Source: Mobula hypostoma (Eukaryota). From it: DNA of 64,000 bases. This document shows positions 33,868 to 46,737 of this stretch, piece after piece. The stretch is taken from positions 111,292,001 through 111,356,000 of the forward strand of contig NC_086108.1 in NCBI RefSeq assembly GCF_963921235.1. The letters are read 5' to 3'. The notes beneath the pieces are model-generated. The model saw nothing but the letters and a program-made list of their open reading frames with translations. It was not told the DNA's origin and searched no databases. Every line of letters starts with the position of its first letter. Position 1 is the stretch's first letter. The position numbers and the translations under genes were made by a program.

Positions 33868-36800
33868 TGTCATGGTCCAGATCGGGGTCCCTTTAAATTT
33901 AGCTTGTTTATGTTACGATCCGGACCGTTGATTCCCTATTTTCCCGTGCTCCTCGGTTTTGGTGATTAGAGGCAATTAACGCTCGGCTGAACCAGTAGTT
34001 TATAGTCTCCGGCTTTCAGCCGTTCGGCACGAGAGCGTCTGCAAAGTCATCAAAGGTACGGTGTGCCGATGTCATCTGGCCGGAGCAAGCCTAGTCTCCG
34101 CCTGAAGCGAGTGCCGGTAATTCGCCCTTCCTCACCGGAGCAACCCTGTCCAGTTACCTCACCGAAGCGAGCCTGCAAAGTTTCCTCATCAAGGTGGGTC
34201 CGTCAGTTAACCCGCCGGAGAGAATCAGGAGCCGCTGTCTACTGTTCCTGGGCCGAGTCTAGAGCATGCCACTACCCGGAGGGTCCAAGTACCACGTCCT
34301 GGCTCCAGCGGCATCCAAGTACCACGTCCACGTCCTGGCCCTGGCGGTCTGTGATTCCTATCCTACCCCTGCTGTCTGAATCCCTTCTCTGCCCCTCTCG
34401 CCTCTAGCCCTCATCTGCATCCCTCACTTGCACTTCGGTCTAGTTCTATTGGCGGAGCTAGGTAGGTACTGTCTGGTGTTCTTTCGTGTTGGTCTTGTCT
34501 TGTCTTGTCTTGTCCTCGCCTCCGTGGGGTAAGTCAGGCTGTCTTGCCATTGCCCCACGGGGGGTTATGTCTTGTCTTGTCCTCGCCTCCTTGGGGTAAG
34601 TCAGGCCGTCTTGCTGTTGCCCCGCAGGGGGTCATGAGTCCTGGCCCTCTGTCCTGTACCCAAGGAGGGGTCCTGGCTATCTGTTCTGTGTATGAGTCCC
34701 AGCCCTATGTCCTGTACCCAAGGAGGGGTCCTAGCTCTCTGTTCTGTGTATGAGTCCCAGCCCTATGTCCTGTACCCAAGGAGGGGTCCCGACTCTGTGT
34801 TCTGTGTATGTGTCCATGGTTCCATGTACCTGCTCTTCCGAGACCGAGGCTCTGTTTTCCATGTTCCTCCTCTCCCTAGCCCATGTCATGTCCATGCCTG
34901 GTTCTGGGGTCCGAGCCCGAGGCAAGACCCAGGTACTGAGTCCTTGCCCAGTCTCGGGCTCGGAGTCCATACCCTAGCCTCTTCATGTCTCCTCTAGTTC
35001 TGGGAGCCGATTCCGAGTCCTAGCCCAGACCCTTGGTCCCAGCCTAGTCGTAATCCTCAGTCCGCTATTCCTACTCCTGCCTTGCTCTCCTGGTTTCGAA
35101 CAATAAACTAGATTTAGTTAACCTCACAAGATGTGTCTTGCATTGGGGTCCACCATTGCTCCCAGTGCCCCCACATTGTGACAGAACGCTCCCACCAAAC
35201 ATGGACCCAGCAGACACAAACTGCTTTTCCAAACTGTTGTCAGCCTGAAAGTCAAGGTGCTGTTGTTCTGTTTTGCCAGCCGGCTATATCCCCCTCCACC
35301 CACCCGGGTCATCGATAATACAGGCAAATCTGTTGGTCGCCTAGAGGCTCCCACTGGGAGGGGGGGGTACTGTCATGGTCTGGATTGGGGTCCCTTTAAA
35401 TTTACCTTGTTTATGTTACGATCCGGACCATTGATTCCCTGTTTTCCCATGTCCTTCGGCTTTGGTGATTAGAGGCAATTAACGCTCGGCTGAACCGGTA
35501 GTTTATATTCTCCGGCTTTCAGCCGTTTGGTGCAGGAGCATCTGCAAAGTCATCAAAGGTACGATGTGCCGATGTCATCTGGCCAGAGCAAGCCTAGTCT
35601 CTGCCGAAGCGAGTGCCAGTAACTCGCCCTTCCTCACCAGAGCAACCCTGTCCAGTTACCTCACCGAAGCGAGCCTGCAAAGTTTCCTCACCAAGGTGGA
35701 TCTGTCAGTTAACCTGCTGGAGAGAATCAGGAGCCGCTGTCTACTGTTCCTGGGCCGAGTCTAGAGCTCGCCACTACCTGGAGGTTCCAAGTACCACGTC
35801 CTGGCTCCAGCGGCATCCAAGTACCACGTCCATGTCCTGGCCCTGGCGGCATTCGAGTACCTAGTCGAGTCCTGGCCCTGGTGGCATCCGAGTACCTAGT
35901 CACATCCTGGCCCTGGCGGCATTCGAGTACCTAGTCACATCCTGACCCTGGCGGCATCCGAGTACCTAGTCACATCCTGGCCCTGGTGGCATCCGAGTAC
36001 CTAGTCAAGTCCTGGTCCTGGTGGCATCCGAGTACCTAGTCACATCCTGGCCCTGGTGGCATCCGAGTACCTAGTCACATCCTGGCCCTGGCGGCATTCG
36101 AGTACCTAGTCACGCCCTGGCCCTGGCAGCATTCGAGTACCTAGTCAAGTCCTGACCCTGGCGGCATCCGAGTACCTAGTCACATCCTGGCCCTGGTGGC
36201 ATCCGAGTACCTAGTCAAGTCCTGTCCCTGGTGGCATCCGAGTACCTAGTCACATCCTGGCCCTGGCGGCATTCGAGTACCTAGTCACATCCTGGCCCTG
36301 GCGGCATCCGCGTACCTAGTCACATCCTGGCCCTGGTGGCATCCGAGTACCTAGTCAAGTCCTGACCCTGGTGGCATTCGAGTACCAAGTCGAGTCCTGG
36401 CCCTGGTGGCATCCGAGTACCAAGTCACGTCCTGGCCCTGGCGGCTTTCGAGTACCAAGTGGAATCCTGGCCCTGGCGGTCTGTGATTCCTATCCTACCC
36501 CCGCTGTTTGAATCCCTTCTCTGCCCCTCTCGCCTCTAGCACTCATCTGCATCCTTCGCCTGCACTTCGGTCTAGTTCTATTGTTGGAGCTAGATAGGTA
36601 CTGTCTGGTGTTCTTTCGTGTTGTTCTTGTCTTGTCTTGTCTTATCCTTGCCTCCATGGGGTAAGTCTGGTCGTCTTGCCATTGCCCCACGGGGGGTCAT
36701 GCCTTGTCTTGTCCTCGCCTCCTTGGGGTAAGTCAGGCCGTCTTGCTGTTGCCCTGCAGGGAGTCATGTCTTGTCTTGTCTTGTCCTCGCCTCCATGGGG

Positions 36801-37329
36801 TAAGTCAGGCCGTCTTGCCGTTGCCCCGCAGGGGGTCATGAATCCTGGCCCTATGTCCTGTACCCAAGGAGGGGTCCCAGCTCTCTGTTCTGTGTGTGAG
36901 TCCCGGCCCTATGTCCTGTACCCAAGGAGGGGTCCCGACTCTGTGTTCTGTGTGTGTGTCTATGGTTCCATGTACCTGCTCTTCCGAGACCGAGGCTCTG
37001 TTTGCCATGTTCCTCCTCTCCCTAGCCCATGTCATGTCCATGCCTGGTTCTGGGGTCTGAGCCCGAGGCAAGACCCAGGTATTGGGTCCTTGCCCAGTCT
37101 CGGGCTCGGAGTCCATACCCTAGCCCCTTCATATCTCCTCTAGTTCTGGGAGCCGATTCTGAGACCTAGCCCAGACCCTTGGTCCCAGCCCAGTCGTAGT
37201 CCTCAGTCCGCTATTCCTACTCCTGCCTTGCTCTCCTGGTTTCGAACAATAAACTAAATTTAATTAACCTCACAAGATGTGTCTTGCATTTGAGACCACC
37301 CTTGCTCCCAGTGCCCCGCCATTGTGACA
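33868..37329 (+). mobile_element. Internally deleted Gypsy (Sushi/chromovirus-like) LTR retrotransposon: two LTRs and a 187-bp internal region
   Basis: LTRs 33868-35183 and 35371-37329 both TGTCA...TGACA; PPT gggagggggggg-tac 35356-35370; gag-like start ATG GAC CCA GCA GAC at 35201; PPPPTRVIDN remnant; TSD cagag/caggg; splits a CR1. Confidence 0.88.
35836..36479 (+). repeat. 35-bp minisatellite (18 full units + partial) inside the 3' LTR
   Basis: Unit cctggccctggYggcatYcgagtacctagtcacat at exact 35-bp period; no unique spacers. Confidence 0.95.
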
Positions 37330-38740
37330 CAGGGCCAGGTGGACTACATCCCAGAGAGGTTGCTGAAGCGATTACGGATGCATTGGTCATGATCTTTCAA
37401 GAATCACCTGATTCTGGCATGGTCCTGGAGGACTGGAAGCTTGCAAATGTCACTCCACTCTTTGAGAAGGGAGGAAGGCAGAAGAAAGGAGATTATAGGC
37501 CAGTTAGACAACATCAGTGGTTGAGAGAGTGTTGGGAGTCTATTATTAAGCATGAGGTCTCAGGATACTTGGAGACTAATGATAAAATCAGTCAAAGTCA
37601 GCATGGTTTCTGTGAATGGAAATCTTACCTGACAAATCTGTTAGAGTTCTTTGAGGAAATACCAAGCAGGGTGGACAAAGGAGAGGCAATGGATGTCATT
37701 TACTTGGATTTCCAGAAGGCATTTGATAAGGTGCCACACATGTGGTTGCTTAACAAGATAAAATCCTATGGTGTTACAGGATGGATACTGGCATGGATAG
37801 AGGAATGGCTGACAGGCAGGAGGCAAGCAAGTGGAAATAAAGGCGGCCTTTTCTGGTTGGTTGCCGGTAAATGGTGGTGTTCCTCAGGGGTCAGTATTGG
37901 GACCGTTACTTTTCACATTGTTTTCCAATGATTTGGATAATGGAATTGATGGCATCGTGGCTAAGTTTGCAGATGATACGGAGATAGGTGGAGGGGTAGG
38001 TAGTGCTGAGGAAGTAATGCGAATGCAGAAGGACTTAGACAAATTGGAAAAATAGGCAAAAAAGTGGCAGATGGAATACTGTACAGTGTTGGGAAATATA
38101 TGGTAATGCGTTTTGGTAAAAGAAACAATAGTGCAGACTATTATCTAAATAGGGAGAAAATTCAAACATCAGAGGTACGGATGGACTTAGGAGTCCTTGT
38201 GCAAAACTCCCAGAAGGCTAATTTGCAGGTTGAGTCTGTGGTAAAGAAGGCAAATGTAATGTTGGCATTTATTTCAAGGGAAATAGAATATAAAAGCAAG
38301 GAGATAATACTAAGTCTTTGTAAGACATTAGTCAGGCAGCACATGGAATATTGTCAATAGTTTTGGGCCCCGTATCTCTGAAAGGATGTGTTGTCATTGG
38401 AAAGGGTCCAGAGGAGGTTCACAAGGATGATTCTGGGAATGAAGGGGTTAACATATGAGGTGCGTTTGGCACCTTTGGGCCTGTACTCACTGGAATTGAG
38501 AAGAGTGCGTGGGGATCTCATTGAAACTTACTGAATATTGAAGGGACCAGGTAGGGTGGATTTGTAGAGATGGTTCCTATGGTGGGGACAACCAGGACGA
38601 GAGGGCACAGCCTCAGAATTCATGGGTGACCCTTTAGAATAGAGTTAAGAAGGATGTTTTTTTTTCGGCAGAGAGTAGTGAATCTGTGGAATGCTCTGCC
38701 ACAGACTGCGGTGGAGGCCAAGTCCCTGCATATATTGGGG
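37330..38740 (+). mobile_element. CR1 LINE RT region, degenerate; its 5' continuation is at about 33815-33867
   Basis: ORFs 37284..37931, 37831..38055, 38064..38360. Confidence 0.88.
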
Positions 38741-38837
38741 ACAGCTCTGGATCTGTCCTCCAGGTCTACTCCCGAAGCCTTCCCCATGAGTGGGTATAGT
38801 AAGATTCAGCATGATATCTAAAACTCTGACAAACTTC

Positions 38838-39880
38838 ATAGCCCTCTATTTTTCTAAGCTCCATGTCCTTCTCCAGGAGTCTCTTAAAAGACCCTATTGT
38901 ATCCGCCTCCACCACTGTCGCTGGCAGCCCATTCCACACGCTCACCACTCTCTGCGTAAAAAACTTACCCCTGACATCTCCTCTGTACCTACTTCCAAGC
39001 GCCTTAACACTGTGCCCTCTCTTGTTAGCCATTTCAGCCCTGGGAAAAAGCCTCTGACTATCCACGCGATCAATACCTCTCATCATCTTATACACCTCTA
39101 TCACGTCACCTCTCATCCTCTATCGCTCCAAGGAAAAAAGGCCGAGTTCACTCAACCTATTCTCATAAGTCATGCTCCCCAATCCAGGCAACATCCTTGT
39201 AAATCTCCTCTGCACCCTTTCTATAGTTTCCACATCCTTCCAGTAGTGAGGTGACCAGAACTGAGCACAGTACTCTAAGTGGGGTCTGACCAGGGTCCTA
39301 TATAGCTGTAACATTACCTCTCGGCTTTTAAACTCAATCCCATGGTTGATGAAAGCCAATACACCATTTGCCTTCTTAACCACAGAGTCAACCTGCGTAG
39401 CAGCCTTGAGAGTCCTATTGACCCAGACCCCAAGATCCCTCTGATCCTCCACACTGTCAAGAGTCTTACCATTATATTCTGCCATCATATTTGACCTCCC
39501 AAAATGAGCCATCTCACACTTATCTGGCTTGAACTCCATCTGCCACTTCTCAGCCCAGTTTTGCATCCTATCAATGTCCCACTGTAACCTCTGACAGCCC
39601 TCCACACTATCCACAACACCTCCAACCTTTGTGTCAGCAGCAAATTTACTAACCCACCCCTCCACTTCCTCATCCAGGTCATTTATAAAAATCACGTGGC
39701 GAAGGGGTCCCAGTACAGGTCCCTGAGGCACACCATTTGTCACCAACCTCCACATAGAATATGACCAGTCTACAACCACTCTTTGCCTTCTGTGGGCAAG
39801 CCAGTTCTGGATCCACAAAGCAATGACCCTTGGATCCCATGCCTCCTTACTTTCTCAATAAGACTTGCATGGGGTACCTT
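38838..39880 (-). mobile_element. CR1 LINE RT C-half
   Basis: ORFs 39120..39818 and 38766..39116. Confidence 0.88.
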
Positions 39881-40343
39881 ACCCTAAGCTGTAATAATAT
39901 TGCAAGTTTTTTTACTGGAGAGTGGTGGATGCCTAGAATGTGCTTCTCTGCTGCGGTGGTAAAGGCGTATAGGATGACACATGAATGTGAGGTCGACGGA
40001 GGGATATGGACATTGTGTAGGTGGGAGGGATTAGTTTTTAGGGTTTTTAAATGTACTTTTTAAGCTGGTTGAGCACATTGTGGGCTAAAGGGCCTGTTTC
40101 TGTGCTGTACTGATTATGTTCTATTAAATGCTCCCAATGGCATGTATCTCAAATAGCCTCTGACAATCAAGCCCAGCTCCTGGTCTTCATGTTTAGCTTA
40201 GCATGAAGCCCGGCAGAACCATTTGTACTGAAGGGGCAAAGGCGGGTTACCGGTGCATTAAAACCAGACATTGGGCATTTGGGGCTCGTCAGCTGTGGTT
40301 GACAGCTCACCTAGGAGAAGGAAAACTCTGATCTCAAACCTCC

Positions 40344-40805
40344 AACAAACAACAGGAATTCTGCAGATGCTGGAAATTCAAGCAACACACATCAAAGTTG
40401 CTGGTGAACGCAGCAGGCCAGGCAGCATCTCTAGGAAGAGGTACAGTCGACGTTTCAGGCCGAGACCCTTCGTCAAGACTAACTGAAGGAAGAGTTGGTA
40501 AGATATTTGAAAGTGGGAGGGGGAGACAGAGATCCAAAATGATAGGAGAAGACAGGAGGGGGAGGGATGGAGCCAAGAGCTGGACAGGTGATAGGCAAAA
40601 GGGGATATGAGAGGATCATGGGACAGGAGGCCCAGGGAGAAAGACAAGTGGGGGGGGGAAACCAGAGGATGGGCAAGGGGTATATTCAGAGGGACAGAGG
40701 GAGAAAAAGGAGAGTGAGAGAAAGAATGTGTGTATAAAAATAAATAACGGATGGGGTACGAGGGGGAGGTGGAGCATTAGCGGAAGTTAGAGAAGTCAAT
40801 GTTCA
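40344..40805 (-). mobile_element. Penelope-like 3' end / pseudo-LTR inserted in an RTE-related element
   Basis: Same family as 22365-22826; includes the end of the ORF (NIDFSNFR*). Confidence 0.82.
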
Positions 40806-41300
40806 GACCTCCGCTGCCTTGCAGCTATACTCACTCATGGGGAAGGCTTCGGGAGTAGACCTGGAGGACAGACCCGGAGCTGGAGCCCCAAGGCGGTCCT
40901 ATATTGAATTCAATGCTGAATGGTAACTCCTGGGTTGCCGCTGGTGCCAAACTATACTGTTCTCTGCCGTTCCTTTGGGTTCATTGGATACATGGAGAGG
41001 GGGAGCTTGTTACATGGGCACCAGCTTGCTCTCCATTTTGTATTGCCCTGGCTAGGGTATCTAGACAACTAGAATGCAACATCCATGTCAAACCTGACCA
41101 AGAGAGCCCTCGAAATAAACTTTCCTTATCAGCCTGATTTTCAAATTGTGGTGAGACTGAGGATTGCATCCAGTAACTTTCCTTCCGCTGATATCAGGCT
41201 CACGGACCTCTCTCCCAGCTGCCAATATGTGAGAATGATTGACAGGTTGATACCATCAGAAGTAGATTAAGAAATGCCTTCTAAACAGAGTAAAAGCCAA

Positions 41301-41370
41301 GTGCAATGCCAGTGGGTCATCGTGCCCATGCAAATACCGAGAACGTAACAGTTCAAGGTCATATTACAAT
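41301..41370. promoter_or_regulatory. Candidate distal enhancer motif cluster (ERE, octamer/FoxA-like, NR5A/ERR site)
   Basis: GGTCAtcgTGCCC 41315-41327; ATGCAAATA 41328-41336; TCAAGGTCA 41353-41361; lies in a repeat-poor island. Confidence 0.4.
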
Positions 41371-43009
41371 GCTCTAAGCTCTGCAGGTGAGAGTGGGAGG
41401 GAGCTGGATCTGTCCCCTGATAGGTGAACACCAAATGCCACACTGCTATAGGGAAAATGAAGTGAAAGCTTTAATCAGAGAAAGAAAACAAAACCGTATC
41501 TGAAATCCCCAAACCATTAAATATTTTCTTGGGAAAATTGCGGCATAATAAGGACAAATTGCAAGGAAAATGGAAAATAAATAGTTGAATCATCTAGGTG
41601 GCATGCAAAACAAAGATGCTCCCTGTAGCTTGGCATATGTGGCAACAAACTAGTGTCAATTACCTTATTAAGGCTGAGGTAAATAATTTCTTGAAATTGT
41701 TATTAAAGTGAAACAACACATGACATTCATGAGTTCCATGAAGTGGTGGACAAGCCAAGGCTTTGAAGGGCTTGTTAGAACTTCGATTAAAGACAGCTGG
41801 AAAACCATGATCTGCGTCCGGCACATAATGATGGTGATGACCATTCCTTAAAAATAATACATATCTTCCATTTGCCTCTTGGAACTGGGTTGAGGAAGAC
41901 ATTATTCAGTAAGGGGACAGATCTGCCACTGGACTCCATGTGCAATAAGCTGGCATTTTCCACCGTCCAAATCTGCCTGGACCAGAATGTCTCTCATAGC
42001 ACAATACAACATGAAAACAGGTCCTGCAGCCCATTCTGATCACAGTTAGTCTCTATATGTTTGCAATTAGCCCACGACCCTCCAAACCACTCCTCTCCAT
42101 GTACCTACCCAAACGCCTCTCAATTGCTGTGATTGTACCCACCTCAACCACTTCCTCTGGCGCTCACTCCCCCCTGTGTAAAGAAGCAACCTCTCACATC
42201 TCTTATAAATCTCTCTCCGTTTATCTTTTATTTGTGCCTTCTCATTTTAGGCTCCTTATCTCTGGGGAAAAGACAAGGAATGTCTGTCTACCTGATCCGC
42301 AATGCTCGCGATTTTATAAACTTCTATGAGGTCACCCCTCATTCTCCTGCACTCCAGGGAATAAAGACCCAACATGACTAAACTCTCCCTGTAGCTCAGG
42401 CCCTCTAGTCCAGCAGTGTCTTTGTACAACTTTCCTGCACCCTCTTCAGCCTGACAGTATCTTTCCTATAACAGGGTAACCAAAACAGCACTCAGTACTC
42501 GAAGTGTGGCCTCACGAGCGATTTGCTTAACTACAATCTATTGTCCTTGCTTCTAAACTCAATGCCAACATGCTGAACGACTGCTTCCCCAGCCTGCTAC
42601 TTGCACAGCACCTTTCAACAAACTGTGCGTTTGTACTAGGAGTCATACACTTTGGAATCTTGGGGCCCATGTCCACAGATCCCTCAGCTTTGCCACGCAA
42701 GTTGATAGAGTGGTGAAGAAGGCGTATGGTGTGTTGGCCTTCATTAGTTGAGGTATTGACTTTGAGAGTTGTGAGATATTGTTGAAGCTCTGTAAGACTC
42801 TGGTTAGACCTGGTGTTCAGTTCCGGTCACCTCACTATAGGAAGGATGTGGAAGTTTTAGAGAGGGTGCAGAGGAGATTCACCAGGATGCTGCCTGGGTT
42901 AGAGAGCATGTCTTATGAGGAAAGGTTAAGTGAGCTCGGGCTTTTCTCTTTCAGGCAAAGGAGGATGAGAGGTTAATTGAAAGAGGAATATAAGATGATA
43001 AGAGACCAT

Positions 43010-45460
43010 GAGATCATAAGGCATGAGACACAGGAACAGAATTAGGCCATTCAGCCCATCGAGCCAGCTCTGCCATTCCATCATGGCTGATCCCAGATCC
43101 CACTTATTCCTATACTCCTGCCTTCTCACCCTATCCTTTGATGCCCTGATCGATTAGGAAACTATAAACATCCACTTTAAATATACCCACAGACCTGCCC
43201 TCCACCGCAGTCTGTGGCAGAGCATTCCACAGATTCACTACTCTCTGGCTAAAAAAATTCCTCCTTACCTCTGTTCTAAAAGGCTGCCCCTCAATATTGA
43301 GGTTGTGTCTTCTAGTTCTGGATACCCCACCATAGGAAGCATCCTCTTCACATCCACCCTATCTAGTCCTTTTAACATTTGGTAGGTTTCAATGAGATCC
43401 CGATGCATTCTTCTCAATTCCAGTGAGTGCAGGGCAAAGCTGCCAAACGCTCCTCATATGTTAACCCCTTCATTCCCGGAATCATCCTCATGAACCTCCT
43501 CTGGACTGTTTCCAATGACAACACATCCTTTCTGAGATATGGGGCCCAAAATTGTTGACAATACTCCAAGTGCAGCCTGCTTAGTCAGCATTATTCCATT
43601 ACTTTTATATTCTACTCCTCTTGAAATAAATGCCAATATGCATTTGCCTTCTATACTACAGACTTAATCTGTAAAGTAACCTTCTGGGAGTCTTGCACGA
43701 GGACTCCTAAGTCCCTCTGCACCTCTGATGCTTTAACCTTCTCACCATTTAGATAATAGTTCGCACTGTTATTCCTTTTACCAAACTGCATTATCATACA
43801 TTTCCCAACACGGTATTCCATCTGCCACTTATTTGCCCATTCTTCCAATTTGTCCAAATCCTGTTGCAAACGCATTGCTTCCTCAGCACTACCTACCCCT
43901 CCACCTATCTTCGTATCATCTGTAAACTTTGGCACAAAGCCATCAATTTCATTATCCAGATCATTTATAATGTGAAAAGTAGCGGTCCCTGAGGAACACC
44001 ACTAGTCACTGACAGCCAACCACAAAAAGCCCCTTTTATTCCCACTCACTGCCTCCTGCCTGTCAGCCGTTCCTCTATCCCTGCCAGTGTCTTTCCTGTA
44101 ACGCCATAGGATTTTATCTTGTTAAGTAACCTCAAGTGTGGCACTTTATCAAACGCCTTCTGAAAATCCAAGTAAATGACATTCACTGTCTCTCCTTTGT
44201 TCACCCTGCTTGTTACTTCCTCAAAGAACTCTAACTCTGATTTCTCAGGCAAGATTTCCCTTTACAAAAACTATGCTGACTTTGACTTATTCTATCATTA
44301 GTCTCCAAGTACCCCGAAACCTCATCCTTAATTATAGACTCCAACACTTTCCCAATCACTAAGGTTAGGCTAACTGGCCTATAATTTCCTTCCATTTGCC
44401 TTCCTCCCTTCTTAAAAGAATGGAGTGACATTTGCAATCTTCCAGTCCTCCGGGACCATGCCAGAATCAAGTGATTCTTGAAAGTTCATGACCAATGCAT
44501 CCATTATCTCTTCTGCAACCTCTCTCAGGACTCTAGGATGTAGTTCATCTGGTCCAGGTGACATCCACCTTAAGACCTTTGAGGTTGCTGCGCACTCACT
44601 CCTGCTCCCTGACATTCATGGACCTCTGGCACACTGCTAGTGTTTTCCACAGTGAAGTCTGATGCAAAGTAACCATTAAGTTCATCTGCCATTTCTTTGT
44701 CCCCCATTACTTACTCACCAGCATCATTTTCCAGTGGTCCAATATCAATTCTCACCTCACTTTTATTAATTACATAACTGAAAATTTTTTAGTATCCTGC
44801 TCTATACTATTGGCTAGTTTGCTCTCATATTTCAACTTTTCCCTTCTTATAGCTTTTTTAGTTACCTTTTGTTGGATTTTGAAAGCTTCCCAATTATCCA
44901 ACTTCCCACACTCTTTTGCTACCTTATATGGCCTTTCCTTGGCTTTTATGCAGTCCTTAACTTCCTTTGTCAGCCGCAGTTGCCTACCCCTGCCATTTGA
45001 GAACTTCTGTGGAACGTATCTATCCTGTGCCTTGTGAACTATTCCCAGAAACTTCAGCCATCTCTGCCCTGCCGTCATCCCCGCCAGTATCATCCTCCAA
45101 TCCACCTGGGTAAGCCCCTCTCTCATGCCTCTATAAGTCCCTTTATTCCATTGCGATACTGAAACATGTGACTTATGCTTCTCCCTCTCAAATTGCAGTA
45201 TGAATTCAATCATATTATGATCACTGCCTCCTAAGGGTTCCCTCATTAAAATTTGGGTTATTAAACAACACCCAATCTAAGAAAGATGGCCTTTCCCCGA
45301 GTAGGCTCAAGCACAAGCTGCTCTAAAAAGCCATCTCATAGGCATTCAACAAATTCCCTCTCCTGCACTTTGGCCCTATCCTGATTTTGCCAATCCCCTT
45401 GCATGTTGACGTCCCCCATTACAATTGTGTCATTACCCTTATTACATGCCTTTTCCAGCT
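43010..45460 (-). mobile_element. CR1 LINE ORF2, degenerate
   Basis: ORFs 43454..43636, 43651..43935, 44046..44252, 44412..44615, 44770..45246. Confidence 0.87.
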
Positions 45461-46737
45461 CGAGGAGGAGAAGATCAAGTGAGCAGGGTCCTAATGCGAG
45501 GTACAATCTGCTGTTCGGACAATCTAAATGCCAACCCATAAAGACTGGAAAGGCAGGATGTCGAGAGTCGGACAAGGTTGGATCACTCTGGGTGCCAGGC
45601 CAAACTGAAGAAGTTGAGATCAGCTTCTTCAGCAGCAAAATCTAGGCCCGGAGTGATTCGCTGGTGGCGGGATCCGGGTCCTAGTGCGAGGTTCAGGCAA
45701 TTTAAATTCTGGCCCAGATAGTCTGGGGGCTTCTCTCTGCACAATGCTAAGGCAGTGAGACTGCCCCGGCTGCTGTGAACTTTGCTGCAATTTGGCCTGC
45801 TAATATAATGAACTGAATACCGAGGCCTGGGGCCTACTCTGGGCTGCACTGGGGATTTGGATCTAAAGGCTCAATTTGGTTCAGAATGCTGTTGTTGTTG
45901 CTCGATTCTATTGTTATATGACTTGTTTTATGATTCTTTCTCTTTCACAGTGAGCACTGGGGGTTGGTCTTCTTTTCAAATTGGATTCTTTGCTTAGCGA
46001 CTGCCTGTTAAATAAACAAACCTCAAGGTTGTATAATTTATACACTTTTTGATAATAAATGCAACTTGCAACTTTCAAAACTTTGAAACTTTAGGTGGTA
46101 ATGGCTAATATGAGTGGGAATAATCGAAGGTGATTGAATGAAAGTACAGGGGGGAGGTCAGAGGTAGGTTTTCTTACACAGAGAGTGGTGGGTACGTAGA
46201 TCACACTGCCAGAGAAAAATACATTAGGAACATATAAGAATCTCTTAGACAGGAAGATGGATGATAGGAAAATGGAGGGTTATAGGCTCTGCGGAAGGGA
46301 AGATTTCGATTGATCTTGGAGTAGGTTAAAAGTGTGGCACAATGTCGTGAGCCTAAGTGTCTATACTGTGATGTGGTGTTCTATGTTCTATCTTCTATTT
46401 TTTACAACACTTATCAGTGCCCCACCATTCACTATACATGTCCTACCTTGGTGTGAATGTCCAAAATGCACCTCACACTTCACACTTAACTATGTCAAAA
46501 AAACTTTTGCCATCTCTCATCCCGCCTCCCGTACTGATCAAGGTCTCTGTAATTCATTGTAATCTGCTCATTGTAATGGCACCACGGTTGTGTGGCAATT
46601 AGTATGATGCTACTACAGCTCGGGGCATCAGATTTCAGAGTCCAATTCTGGCATCCTCTTTAAGGAGTCTCTTATATTCCCTCCTCGCGTAAAGTATGGG
46701 GTTTTTCCAGGCTCGGTTTCCTCACACAGTCCAAAGA

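Noticed and set aside
35836..36479. CRISPR-like regular 35-bp array
   Set aside because: Units are head-to-tail with no unique spacers, no cas genes are present, and the array lies within a eukaryotic LTR; it is a minisatellite.
34063..37143. Several 60-170-aa ORFs in the duplicated region
   Set aside because: GC-rich LTR and tandem sequence without domain motifs; they differ by indels between the two LTR copies.
41660..41902. 80-aa ORF with HHHH as an exon of a neighbouring gene
   Set aside because: No recognisable domain and no convincing splice pair; I found no second host gene in 33-64 kb.
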